A DNA stretch of 46,719 bases from Candidatus Limnocylindrales bacterium (GTDB taxonomy: Bacteria; Moduliflexota; Moduliflexia; Moduliflexales; JAUQPW01). The stretch spans positions 124,001-170,719 of the forward strand of contig DATMBG010000040.1 of assembly GCA_035559535.1 (NCBI GenBank). Direction: 5' to 3'. Positions 19,481 to 28,534 of this stretch are shown here, piece after piece; positions within the stretch are counted from its first letter, which is position 1; every line of letters starts with the position of its first letter. A program made the translations under genes and the position numbers. Under the pieces are notes generated by a model. It was not told the DNA's origin. It saw only the letters and a list, made by a program, of their open reading frames with translations, and made no database searches.

Positions 19481-20239
19481 ATGCAAAATTTCCAAAAAAT
19501 TTTAGAAGCCCTCTCAGATTTTCTTTTTCCGGCGGAATGTATTTTTTGTAAAAATTTTTTGGGAGAAGAACGGATCTTAAATTTTTGCAAAAATTGCTGG
19601 AGGAAAGTAGAATTAATACAGGACTCAGTTTGCTGTTGTTGTGGTAGACCCTTTCCATCTCAGAACGTCTCCGAAACGGCTCCCGGTTTTACCTGTGAAA
19701 ACTGCCGGAAAGGTCTTTATCATTTTGATAAAGCCCGAGCGGTAGGAAAGTATCAGGGGGTTTTACAGGAGGCTATTCATCAATTTAAATATGAACCAAC
19801 CCGAGTTGGGAGAGGAAAACCAGGTCTCGGAAAGCATCTAGCAAAGCTTATGGTTCAACATTTACCCCCGGATTTGAATCTAAATGCCTTTGATGTGATA
19901 ATCCCGGTTCCCCTTCATAAAAGCCGTAAACGGTGGCGAGGATTTAATCAATCGGAGATCCTGGGCAGGTTCCTCGGCCAGCACTATCGAATCCCCTTGG
20001 ATACCCGTCACTTATATCGCATCAAAGAAACCCGACCTCAGGTGGAGCTTACCGGTAAGGAACGGATCGGGAATGTACGGGGCGCTTTCGAAGTTCAGAG
20101 GGCCAAAGACTTAGAAGGAAAAAAGGTGGTTCTAGTAGACGACGTTTTTACCACAGGTTCAACGGTAAACGAATCGAGTCGAATATTAAAAAAGGCAGGA
20201 GTCAGGGAAATTCTCGTTTTGACTCTGGCCAGAGCCTAA
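19481..20239 (+). CDS. comF: ComF-family protein (zinc ribbon plus phosphoribosyltransferase-like)
   Basis: LFPAECIFC, further CxxC pairs, IPVPLH..R..RGFNQS, LVDDVFTTGST. Confidence 0.93.
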   Translation: MQNFQKILEALSDFLFPAECIFCKNFLGEERILNFCKNCWRKVELIQDSVCCCCGRPFPSQNVSETAPGFTCENCRKGLYHFDKARAVGKYQGVLQEAIHQFKYEPTRVGRGKPGLGKHLAKLMVQHLPPDLNLNAFDVIIPVPLHKSRKRWRGFNQSEILGRFLGQHYRIPLDTRHLYRIKETRPQVELTGKERIGNVRGAFEVQRAKDLEGKKVVLVDDVFTTGSTVNESSRILKKAGVREILVLTLARA

Positions 20240-20243
20240 TCAC

Positions 20244-20259
20244 TGGTATATAAGTTGCA
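20244..20259 (+). promoter_or_regulatory. sigma54 (-24/-12) promoter
   Basis: TGGTATATAAGTTGCA = GG-N10-GC, about 90 nt before ATG 20350. Confidence 0.65.
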
Positions 20260-20349
20260 CGATCCTAGTTAATGTGTGAAAATCCAAGATGGACGGTAAG
20301 AGTTACCTATTTTCACTCTTAACTTTCTAACTTTCAAAAACAGAAAAGC

Positions 20350-21372
20350 ATGGGGACTTCTAAAAAAGTTAAGGCAAAATCTTCTAAGATCTTAGTAGTA
20401 GATGATGAGCCTGGAATTCTGGAGTTTCTCACAGATCTTCTTACAACCTTTGGTTATACCCTTACCACGGCAGCCGGTGGAGAACAGGCCATTAAATTCC
20501 TGGAAACGGAGACTTTTGATGTCATTCTGGTGGATTTAAAAATGCCGCGAATCGATGGGTTAGAGGTTTTACGTAAAGCCAAAGCTTTGGATCCCGATGC
20601 CGTTGTGGTATTTTTAACCGGCTATATGACTCTGGAGAATGCCCTGGATATGATGCGAGCAGGGGGGGCCTTTGATTGCCTGACCAAGCCCCTTGAGGAT
20701 ATCGGGCATCTTCAACGGGTTTTAGAAAAAGCGATTTCTTTTCGAAGGTCTCGAGTAGAATACAAACACCGTTTGGAAGAATTAACGATTTTACATACCA
20801 GGGAAAAGGCGGCGAGGTTATTAGAAAAAAAGCGGGTCAGGGAACTTACCACCCTTATTGAAGTCAGCAGGCTGATTACTTCCTCTTTAAACTTGAAGGA
20901 GGTTTTAAACGAGATTCTACGACTTTGTAGCCGGTTAATGTCGGTGAACCATGCAGCGATTCTCCTGGCAAACCCTCACCAAGAATTGGAATATGTGGAA
21001 AGCATGGGATTTGTGGAAGAAAAAAATGGGTTCAAAATAAAGATCGGAGAAGGTCTTTCCGGGTGGGTTGCAGCCCATGGAAAAACCTTAGAGGTATGGG
21101 AGGTAACTGCAGACCCTCGATATAACTTTCCGGAGGTCGCCAAGAAGCATCAGTTAAAATCTTACCTGGGAGCCCCCTTGAAGCTAAAAGAGAAAACGAT
21201 GGGCGTTTTAGATATTTATACGGTAGGAATTCCAAGGAAATTCTCGGAAGATGAAATCCGCCTGTTTTCCAGTTTTGCCGATCAAGCGGCGATTGTAATT
21301 GACCATGTTCGGTTGTATGAAAAACTCAGGGGATATAAAGTCGGGTCATCAGGTAATGAGCAGATGGTGTAA
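20350..21372 (+). CDS. Response regulator: receiver + coiled coil + GAF, no output domain
   Basis: ILVVDDE, DLKMP, LTG, LTKP receiver motifs; GEGLSGWVA, DPRY, SYLGAPL, FADQAAIVI GAF motifs; stops ~20 aa later. Confidence 0.85.
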   Translation: MGTSKKVKAKSSKILVVDDEPGILEFLTDLLTTFGYTLTTAAGGEQAIKFLETETFDVILVDLKMPRIDGLEVLRKAKALDPDAVVVFLTGYMTLENALDMMRAGGAFDCLTKPLEDIGHLQRVLEKAISFRRSRVEYKHRLEELTILHTREKAARLLEKKRVRELTTLIEVSRLITSSLNLKEVLNEILRLCSRLMSVNHAAILLANPHQELEYVESMGFVEEKNGFKIKIGEGLSGWVAAHGKTLEVWEVTADPRYNFPEVAKKHQLKSYLGAPLKLKEKTMGVLDIYTVGIPRKFSEDEIRLFSSFADQAAIVIDHVRLYEKLRGYKVGSSGNEQMV

Positions 21373-22425
21373 TTCAGCGGGTTTAAACCGAAATGAGTTG
21401 GTGAACGAGGTTTCGACTTCTATAAATTCATCCAGAATTTTTCCGTTGACCTGACTTCCGTCTTTCAACTTGAAGGTAAAATATTTGAGTCTTGGAGTTA
21501 GAAAATCTTCATCGTCCACCCGGATAATTTCCGTAATGTCTTCTACAGGGAGGGTATATTGATCCGAATCTCTTTGCAGGATGAAGCTTCGAGATTTAAG
21601 TCGTCCCTTAAACTGTTCTGCTTTCAGTTTAATCAAGCACTCCTGGTTATGATCCTCCGAAACAGAAAGATAGGGAGAGATATGCTCGGCCGTGATGACC
21701 CCTCCCTCCATATCCGGTTGCGCGAATAGTGCATCCAGAGTTCTCTTCAACTCGGCCATGTTTCCGGGCCAGGAGTAGCTCTGGAGAAGTTCCATAGCTT
21801 CCGGGCTGATCTTCCGTATCTTCTTATGATATTTAGTGTTGAGTTCTTCCATGAGAAGGGCCACGATTTCTGGAATGTCTTCTCGACGCTCCCGCAAAGA
21901 GGGAACATACAAGACCTTTCCTCGATTCTTAAAGATTTCAAAAAGACCTGGATGTAAAATCTTATCGGTCAGGGCCTTATCTAAATCTCCCACCACAGAA
22001 GCCATAAATCGAACCTTGCTCTGGAGGGTATCGGTACTGTTCACCCGGAAGAAATCTATTAACCCATCTACATTTCCGGTTGCAATAATCCGTTCCAGGA
22101 TTTCCTGGACAACCAGGGAACATTCGGTAGCCCGTTTCAAGAAAATAGTTCCTTCATGGGCTTCCTCCAGCCATCCTGGGGTGTCCTCAAAACCTAAAAA
22201 TTGACGTTTAACCGCTTCGGGTTCCAGGGAAAAGCAGGTAATGGGAATAAATTTACCAGTCTGGGTAGCTGTATGGATGGTTTTTGCATAAAAAGTCATC
22301 CCACTTCCAGGCTCTCCCCAGAGAAGTAAAGGCCACATCGTGGGAGCCACCGTCTTAAGTTCACCTTTAAATTTCAGCAGAGCAGGAGATTGACCCACCA
22401 GATAATACTCTAACCCATGTCGCAT
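21349..22425 (-). CDS. Degenerate sigma54-interaction (bEBP-like) AAA+ protein with a non-HTH C-terminal domain
   Basis: LVGQSPA, PSLRERREDIP and YSWPGN..EL scaffold of NtrC-type AAA+; catalytic motifs substituted; GGGAGG RBS. Confidence 0.8.
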   Translation of the reverse strand: MRHGLEYYLVGQSPALLKFKGELKTVAPTMWPLLLWGEPGSGMTFYAKTIHTATQTGKFIPITCFSLEPEAVKRQFLGFEDTPGWLEEAHEGTIFLKRATECSLVVQEILERIIATGNVDGLIDFFRVNSTDTLQSKVRFMASVVGDLDKALTDKILHPGLFEIFKNRGKVLYVPSLRERREDIPEIVALLMEELNTKYHKKIRKISPEAMELLQSYSWPGNMAELKRTLDALFAQPDMEGGVITAEHISPYLSVSEDHNQECLIKLKAEQFKGRLKSRSFILQRDSDQYTLPVEDITEIIRVDDEDFLTPRLKYFTFKLKDGSQVNGKILDEFIEVETSFTNSFRFKPAELHHLLIT

Positions 22426-22619
22426 AAGAACCTCCCTTCTTTCCGGGATTAGATGCCAGTCAATTAATATTAATGGTTCTTTTCCAGATGAATGTCAAGA
22501 ATAAAAGAGAAAGAGCGTTTTTTGTTGACCGGGATGGAAAGGGTCGGTATAGTTAGTTAAAAGTAAAACCGGGGACAAAATCCCTTAGCTTAGTTCTGAT
22601 CACCGAACAGGAGGTTAAA

Positions 22620-22826
22620 GTGAACGAAGAAGTTTTCAATATGGAAGTTCGAAAATTCCTTAAAAAGGTCGGAGTCACCTCACAACGGGAAATCGAGAAA
22701 GCGGTCCGGGAAGCTGTTCAATCGGGTAAGCTCACAGGTAATGAAAAACTCAAAGCCCGGATAAAGCTGGAGGTAGAGGGGATAGATCTGAAACTGGTCA
22801 TCGAGGACGACCTTGCCTTGTCCTGA
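22620..22826 (+). CDS. Small conserved protein (DUF6494-like)
   Basis: MNEEVFNMEVRKFLKKVGVTSQREIEKAVR signature; AGGAGG RBS before GTG. Confidence 0.75.
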   Translation: MNEEVFNMEVRKFLKKVGVTSQREIEKAVREAVQSGKLTGNEKLKARIKLEVEGIDLKLVIEDDLALS

Positions 22827-22905
22827 ACAATTCTTATTTTAACCCAACAGATATACCTTCCCATCGGGTGGATCCCTGGGTTTTCTCCCCGAGGAATCCA
22901 AGGGG

Positions 22906-24210
22906 TCATACCCTGCTGGCTTTTATGGTATTTGCCCGATAATTCAACCATCCCAGCAACAAAACCCCCAAGAACAGATATTGAAGCAATGAGACAAACT
23001 CAACCATCCGCTCCCCATGATAGGACCACAGATCCATATAAGGAAACTGATTACCCGGTACCGTAAGGAGGGGAAGTGAGGAGGGGAAGGGATTAGGCAA
23101 ATCGGGCAGGGTCCAGAAAACTCTTTGGGAAATAAGCTGGCTTCCCACCAGAACGGCCACCAATCCGGGTGAGGTGAGTAAGGCCCGATGATCTTCAATG
23201 GATTTTCCGCTGAGGAGATAAACCACCGGCAGCGCCCAGTATAAGATTCTTTCTGTGTCACTCCCACCTATCCAGGCTAAAACCGCAAAACCGATCAGAT
23301 AAACGAGCAGAAATTGATGGGCCATGAGATAAGAAAGGCTCCGTCGCCAGTTATAAAGGGTAATGAAAATAAGCGGTCCAAAAGTAATAAACCATGCATG
23401 CAAGTAAGCCAGGAGAGGTTTCTCATAGGCCCAATAAAGTGCCGTCTCCAGAAAAGAATAGTCGTTGATTTGGATTACAACCTGCCGAACCCCCCAGAAA
23501 CCTGAGATGGCAAAAATGACCGGAATCAGGAATCCCGCAGGAGGACTTTCAATCAGGTCGGAAACCTGTAAGTTGGCCCATTCGGAGAATAGCCTTCTTT
23601 TATATCGGACAGGATTGGTGGCAAAGAGCAAAGCGATGGGAACAACCATCATAGCTTCCCGAAATAGAACACCCACCAGGGAAATAAATCCCAAAAAACC
23701 CAGGGTCAGCCACCCGGGTTTCCGGATAACTTTATGAATACCTATGAGTCCGGCAAGTAAAAACACGAAGATCCAGGGGTCTACATAAACCGGGTAGAAG
23801 TAAACAAACCGGACCGGCCCATGCCACTGGATAATAAAAAGAAGGACAAGAATCACTCGAACTTCCCAGGCAAACAGATTTAATCGTAACCAGAAAAGCA
23901 ATAAAAAGACCGCCGCCCCATTGGCCAGAAGATTTATCGTTTTAAAACCCAGGAGGAGATCATCTTTGAAAAACAGGGATACCAGCAGAGGGGTTCCGAT
24001 GCGATACCCAAAGGGGGCACCCGCCCGGGGCTGTTGTCCTTTCAGGAACTGCTCGGCAACGGAATAATAAACGATCCCATCCCAACCTCTCCCGTTGTTA
24101 AGGGAAATCGGCTTTTGAAAAATCTGGCTAAGTACGTTAACCAGCAGGAAAGCGGTGACAAGGATGAGAACCTCGAGGGTATTTCGGGATATTTTATTGA
24201 AACAGATCAT
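22906..24210 (-). CDS. Polytopic membrane protein, possibly GT-C-like
   Basis: About 10 hydrophobic segments; GWDG..Y after TM1, PFGYRI, LFRE and DTER motifs. Confidence 0.6.
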   Translation of the reverse strand: MICFNKISRNTLEVLILVTAFLLVNVLSQIFQKPISLNNGRGWDGIVYYSVAEQFLKGQQPRAGAPFGYRIGTPLLVSLFFKDDLLLGFKTINLLANGAAVFLLLFWLRLNLFAWEVRVILVLLFIIQWHGPVRFVYFYPVYVDPWIFVFLLAGLIGIHKVIRKPGWLTLGFLGFISLVGVLFREAMMVVPIALLFATNPVRYKRRLFSEWANLQVSDLIESPPAGFLIPVIFAISGFWGVRQVVIQINDYSFLETALYWAYEKPLLAYLHAWFITFGPLIFITLYNWRRSLSYLMAHQFLLVYLIGFAVLAWIGGSDTERILYWALPVVYLLSGKSIEDHRALLTSPGLVAVLVGSQLISQRVFWTLPDLPNPFPSSLPLLTVPGNQFPYMDLWSYHGERMVEFVSLLQYLFLGVLLLGWLNYRANTIKASRV

Positions 24211-24441
24211 GGGGAGCCGCCCTAAAAAGCCCTGAAAAATGGGATTCGCAGATAGCCTATCCCATTTTGCAAACCGGCGTCAAGGAGAAAATCCACTTTT
24301 TTGCTGATTCCCCGGTCTTGGGTTTAAAAGGCGAATTTTATGCGAAATTTTCTGGAAAATTCATTGACGATCCCTTCAAATTAAGGTAACTTAATCACAT
24401 AGGCGATTGGTTTAAAGCAAAATTTAAAATGAAAGGGATTT

Positions 24442-27225
24442 ATGAAAGTTCAGGAGCTTCAAAAGTTCGGTATAGACCCGGAGATTATCCGAATCTGGGT
24501 TAAACAGGAAAGTGACCTTCTCCTTCCGGTTCAGGAACAGGCCATCAAAGACTATAAAATCCTGGAAGGAAGAGATCTTTTGGTTTCTGCCCCGACCTCG
24601 TCGGGTAAAACGTTTTTGGGGGAAATAGCTGCTCTTTATAATATTTTCCGGAGAAGAAAAGTTATTTATCTGGTTCCTTTAAAGGCTTTGGCCGAGGAAA
24701 AATACGCAGATTTCTGTAATAAGTATGCCGGGTTTGGGATCAAAGTTGTTCTTTCTACGGGAGACCGTTCAGAGTTCGATGCTGCGATCCTTCGAGGGGA
24801 TTTTCAACTGGCGGTGATTGTTTTTGAAAAGATGAACCGACTGCTTACGCGGAATCAAGCGCTTATCAACAATTGTGGTCTGGTGATTGTCGATGAAATT
24901 CAGATGACCACCGATGATACCCGGGGGGCTAATCTGGAAATGCTGTTGACTCAGATTTTATCTTCCCGGGAAAAGGTTTCTCAGAAGATTCAGTTAATTG
25001 GGCTTTCTGCGGTTATAGGAGATTTAAATCGATTAGACCAGTGGTTAGGGATGACAGTTTTGAATTCGGTGCAACGGCCTGTTGAACTTCAGGAAGGAAT
25101 TCTGACCCGGGATGGAACCTTTAAATACCGGGAGTTCCTGTCGGGCCAGATGGGGATTGAGAAATTTCCGGAATTTACGCCTGATCCCAGGATCAACTTG
25201 AAATCCGTGGAGGGGAGAAAGGAGTATCAATACCGTCGGTTAGCCCATTTTGTTTCTTATTTTGTTCGGCAAGGGGAACAGGTTTTGATCTTCAGAAAGT
25301 GGAAGGGATTGACCCGAGAGACGGCTTTCCGGCTGGCCATTGACTTGAATTTACCCCCCGCCGAGGAGGCTATTGAGGCTCTCCAAAACGTGGAGAACTC
25401 GGTTTCTAAAGAGATTTTGATGTCGGCCTTAAAGCATGGGGTGGCCTTCCATAATGCAGATTTAGGAAGTGAGGAGCGAAGGGTCATCGAGGAGTATTTT
25501 AAGGCAGAGGATAGCAAAATTCGGGTCGTCTGTGCCACCACCACACTGGCCATGGGAATCAACCTTCCGGTAAAGACCGTGATCATCAACGATATGGAGA
25601 AACCGGACCCGGATGCTAAAACTTTCCAGGAAATTCCCCTCTCTCCGGCAGAGTACAAGAGTATGAGCGGTCGGGCCGGGCGGTTTGGTAAACAGGATAA
25701 GGGTCGATCGATTATTTTTGCCGATACGGCAGCTCAGTTCAGTATCTTCTGGCGTAACTATATCGATGGCGAGTTCCCTAAAATGAATTCCCATCTCTAT
25801 AACAGTCCTTTACTGCAAGAAACGCTTTTGCTGATTGCTTCGGAACGTTGCAGCTCCCGAGAAGAATTGATAGATTTCTTTACCCGTTCCTATGCAGGTT
25901 ATCTGTATTGGAGCCCGAGCGAAGGAAGGACAGCAGGGCGGTTATCTTTAGTCAATAAAGTGGAGAGGGCTTTAAAAATCTGTGCAGAAAATGGGTTGAT
26001 CAAAGAAACCGTGGCCGATGAGTGGAAACCAACAGAACTCGGGAGAATATGTGCCCTTCAAGGCGTCTCCATCTTTTCGTTTTTAAATCTTCTCCAGTTA
26101 CTTCCCGAGATCCATCCCTCGGATTATCATCCCTGGGAATTGCTTTTCCTGGCTACCCACAACCGGGAGATCGAAGAACTTCATTTTCGGCTCCCCCTGA
26201 GTACTCTGGATTCCGGAGAATATATCCGGGACCTCCAGGATCTGAATCTTCCCCATTGGGAAAATCTTTTGCAAAGATCCGAGGAACTGTTTGGTGATCG
26301 CTACGAAACCATCAAACGTCTCAAGATGTCCCTCATTCTGTGGGACTGGATCCAGGGGACCGATCTTCGGGAAATCGAGCTCAAATACAATCGAGATTAT
26401 CAGGACAAAGCTTACAGTGGCGTGATTCGAACTCTGGCCGAGAATAGCAGTTGGATGCTGGAGACCCTGGCCGAAGTTGTAACGGCAAAGCATTATGATG
26501 TTGAATTTGTCAAAAACCTCAAAATACTTTCCCGACGGGTACTTTATGGAATTCATGAGGAGGAAGTGGCCCTGGCAGAGCTCAGGATTCCCGGTCTGAC
26601 CCGTGAAAATTTACATCGACTGTCCCAATGGGGTTATACTTCCCCGGAAGCGGTGGCTAAAGCCGATGTTGAGATCCTCCAGCGTATTATTCCCAGGGAA
26701 CTGGCTGTGAAAATCAAAGAGATCCTTCAAAAGAAGCCGGCCTCTAAAGGGTTCCAGGGAATGGAGAATCAAAAACTCAGATTGGAAAAGCTGGGTCTGG
26801 AGACCTCCTTCCTGCTAAGTGTGTATCAGGCTGAGACCTTAACCGATCTGGCAGAATCTATCGGTCGTTTACTTCAACACCTTGAGGTTCCGTCCATCCT
26901 TAAAAAAGTGGGTGAGTCAGACTCCAGTACGGATTATACCCTGCGGGATGATAAGGCGGTAATCTTCCTACGGGTTCTTCCACCCCAGGAGAAGGAAATT
27001 CCGCTGAACCAGGTTGCAGAGGTTTTATCCAAAGCCGCCAGGTTTGTTCCTCTTTCTATCGTGATTATCGGAAAACCTGGCTTCAGTCAGGAAGCCCTGG
27101 AAGAAGCTAAGCAACTTTCCCAGGCTTATTCGGTTAACATTCAGCCCCTTTCTGTGTATGATCTGGGGGAGCGGTATGTGGAAATTTTGGAGGGACAGCG
27201 ACCCATCGGGATGCTCTTTCAGTAA
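24442..27225 (+). CDS. Ski2-like (Hel308/Hjm-type) SF2 helicase with C-terminal extension
   Basis: Q motif, APTSSGKT, PLKALAEEK, DEIQ, GLSA, RPVEL, GVAFHNA, ATTTLAMGINLP, MSGRAGR, winged-helix TELG, YG...L..IPG HhH. Confidence 0.9.
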   Translation: MKVQELQKFGIDPEIIRIWVKQESDLLLPVQEQAIKDYKILEGRDLLVSAPTSSGKTFLGEIAALYNIFRRRKVIYLVPLKALAEEKYADFCNKYAGFGIKVVLSTGDRSEFDAAILRGDFQLAVIVFEKMNRLLTRNQALINNCGLVIVDEIQMTTDDTRGANLEMLLTQILSSREKVSQKIQLIGLSAVIGDLNRLDQWLGMTVLNSVQRPVELQEGILTRDGTFKYREFLSGQMGIEKFPEFTPDPRINLKSVEGRKEYQYRRLAHFVSYFVRQGEQVLIFRKWKGLTRETAFRLAIDLNLPPAEEAIEALQNVENSVSKEILMSALKHGVAFHNADLGSEERRVIEEYFKAEDSKIRVVCATTTLAMGINLPVKTVIINDMEKPDPDAKTFQEIPLSPAEYKSMSGRAGRFGKQDKGRSIIFADTAAQFSIFWRNYIDGEFPKMNSHLYNSPLLQETLLLIASERCSSREELIDFFTRSYAGYLYWSPSEGRTAGRLSLVNKVERALKICAENGLIKETVADEWKPTELGRICALQGVSIFSFLNLLQLLPEIHPSDYHPWELLFLATHNREIEELHFRLPLSTLDSGEYIRDLQDLNLPHWENLLQRSEELFGDRYETIKRLKMSLILWDWIQGTDLREIELKYNRDYQDKAYSGVIRTLAENSSWMLETLAEVVTAKHYDVEFVKNLKILSRRVLYGIHEEEVALAELRIPGLTRENLHRLSQWGYTSPEAVAKADVEILQRIIPRELAVKIKEILQKKPASKGFQGMENQKLRLEKLGLETSFLLSVYQAETLTDLAESIGRLLQHLEVPSILKKVGESDSSTDYTLRDDKAVIFLRVLPPQEKEIPLNQVAEVLSKAARFVPLSIVIIGKPGFSQEALEEAKQLSQAYSVNIQPLSVYDLGERYVEILEGQRPIGMLFQ

Positions 27226-28451
27226 GAAGTAGCTGCCGATCGTTTACTTCTCCTTTCCAGGGCAGCCTTTCGGATGATGGTAGCGGCCTGAGCCGTAATG
27301 AGTCGCCCCTCCTTAGGCTTATCCTGATAAGGATCTAAGAGGACAATAAAGTCTCCCCTTCCAATTCGACGCATGTTCACATAACCTTTCTCAAAGAAGA
27401 AGGAGATTTCCAGAAATTTTCCGTTCATGAAATCGGCAGAACGTTTCTGGACAAAGGTTAAGAATTCTTTTTCATCTTTAAAGAGGCCGAATTTACCTGG
27501 GGTTTTCATCACTTTGAGCAGAACAAAGGTTTTAGTTTTCACCCGAACATAAAAGAGTTGGGTCGCCGTTGAACTTTTTATTAACTCTAAAAGTTCTCTT
27601 TCCAGGTTGGCCTTAAATTCCTTGTAAGATTCCAGGGGACCGGAAGCCTGAGCAGATTCACTCAGGAGCTTTTTCTCCCCGACTTCTCTGACATCTGCGG
27701 CTGCTAAAAGGGCAACCAAATTAAGAGGTTTTCCCTTGGGCATTCTCTCCGGATTGGCCCTTCCAAAGGAGAAGGTTCCTTCCGGCCAGTTAATAAGGGT
27801 ATGGAAGGCCTCTTCTCCTTCAAGCCGTTTTTTCACCCCTTTGGAGTTATCGACCAGGACCAGATGCTCGATGTTACCGTATCGGATATGCATCGAGGCA
27901 CTCTGGCGATTCCGGGGGTTTGTAAGGGTCACGTAACCTGAAGCACCTTCCAGATGAAGCATCTGAAGCAATGAAGGCAGATTCTCGTTGGTAAGATCGG
28001 CGATAAGTCCGGCTCCCTTCTTCAAACTCCTGGTACTTAGATTAAGCAACCTCTCCAGCTTTTTACGCAAATTATCTAAAAAAGATGACAGGGCTTCAGT
28101 ATTGGAAGGTTTGACCATATAATCCAGAGCCCCGGCATCCAAAGCTTCACTGGCGATATCTTGTTCTCCAATACCTGTTAAAATAACAATGGGTATTTCG
28201 GCAATGGTTGGGTTTGGGTGTGCCTTGATTTTCTGGGTAGCTTCAATCCCACTCATGCCGGGAGCCATCAGGACATCCATGAAAATAAGATCCGGCAAAA
28301 GAGCCGGATCTTTTGCGGCAAACTCTTCCAGTAAAGCAATCGCTTTTTCCCCTGACTCTACCGCTGTAGCTGAATGGTTTGCCAGCTCTATCATCTGACT
28401 GAGATAACGTCGGACGGTACCGCTATCGTCTACAATCATTACTTTTGCCAT
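27219..28451 (-). CDS. Response regulator: receiver + DUF4388/PATAN-like domain + uncharacterised C-terminus
   Basis: VMIVDDS, DVLM, YMVKP; then ADL...LPSLLQML...SG...GEEAF..L..WPEGTFSF. Confidence 0.8.
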   Translation of the reverse strand: MAKVMIVDDSGTVRRYLSQMIELANHSATAVESGEKAIALLEEFAAKDPALLPDLIFMDVLMAPGMSGIEATQKIKAHPNPTIAEIPIVILTGIGEQDIASEALDAGALDYMVKPSNTEALSSFLDNLRKKLERLLNLSTRSLKKGAGLIADLTNENLPSLLQMLHLEGASGYVTLTNPRNRQSASMHIRYGNIEHLVLVDNSKGVKKRLEGEEAFHTLINWPEGTFSFGRANPERMPKGKPLNLVALLAAADVREVGEKKLLSESAQASGPLESYKEFKANLERELLELIKSSTATQLFYVRVKTKTFVLLKVMKTPGKFGLFKDEKEFLTFVQKRSADFMNGKFLEISFFFEKGYVNMRRIGRGDFIVLLDPYQDKPKEGRLITAQAATIIRKAALERRSKRSAATSY

Positions 28452-28534
28452 GGTCGCCTACCCCGTGAAAACAAAAATGAAATTTCCGTCTTTAATGATA
28501 TAGATGCCTTTTCTTATAAAGGGGTTAAAGATTT

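Noticed and set aside
24442-27225. Hachiman defence system
   Set aside because: No HamA (DUF1837)-like gene adjacent, and the neighbours are not defence genes
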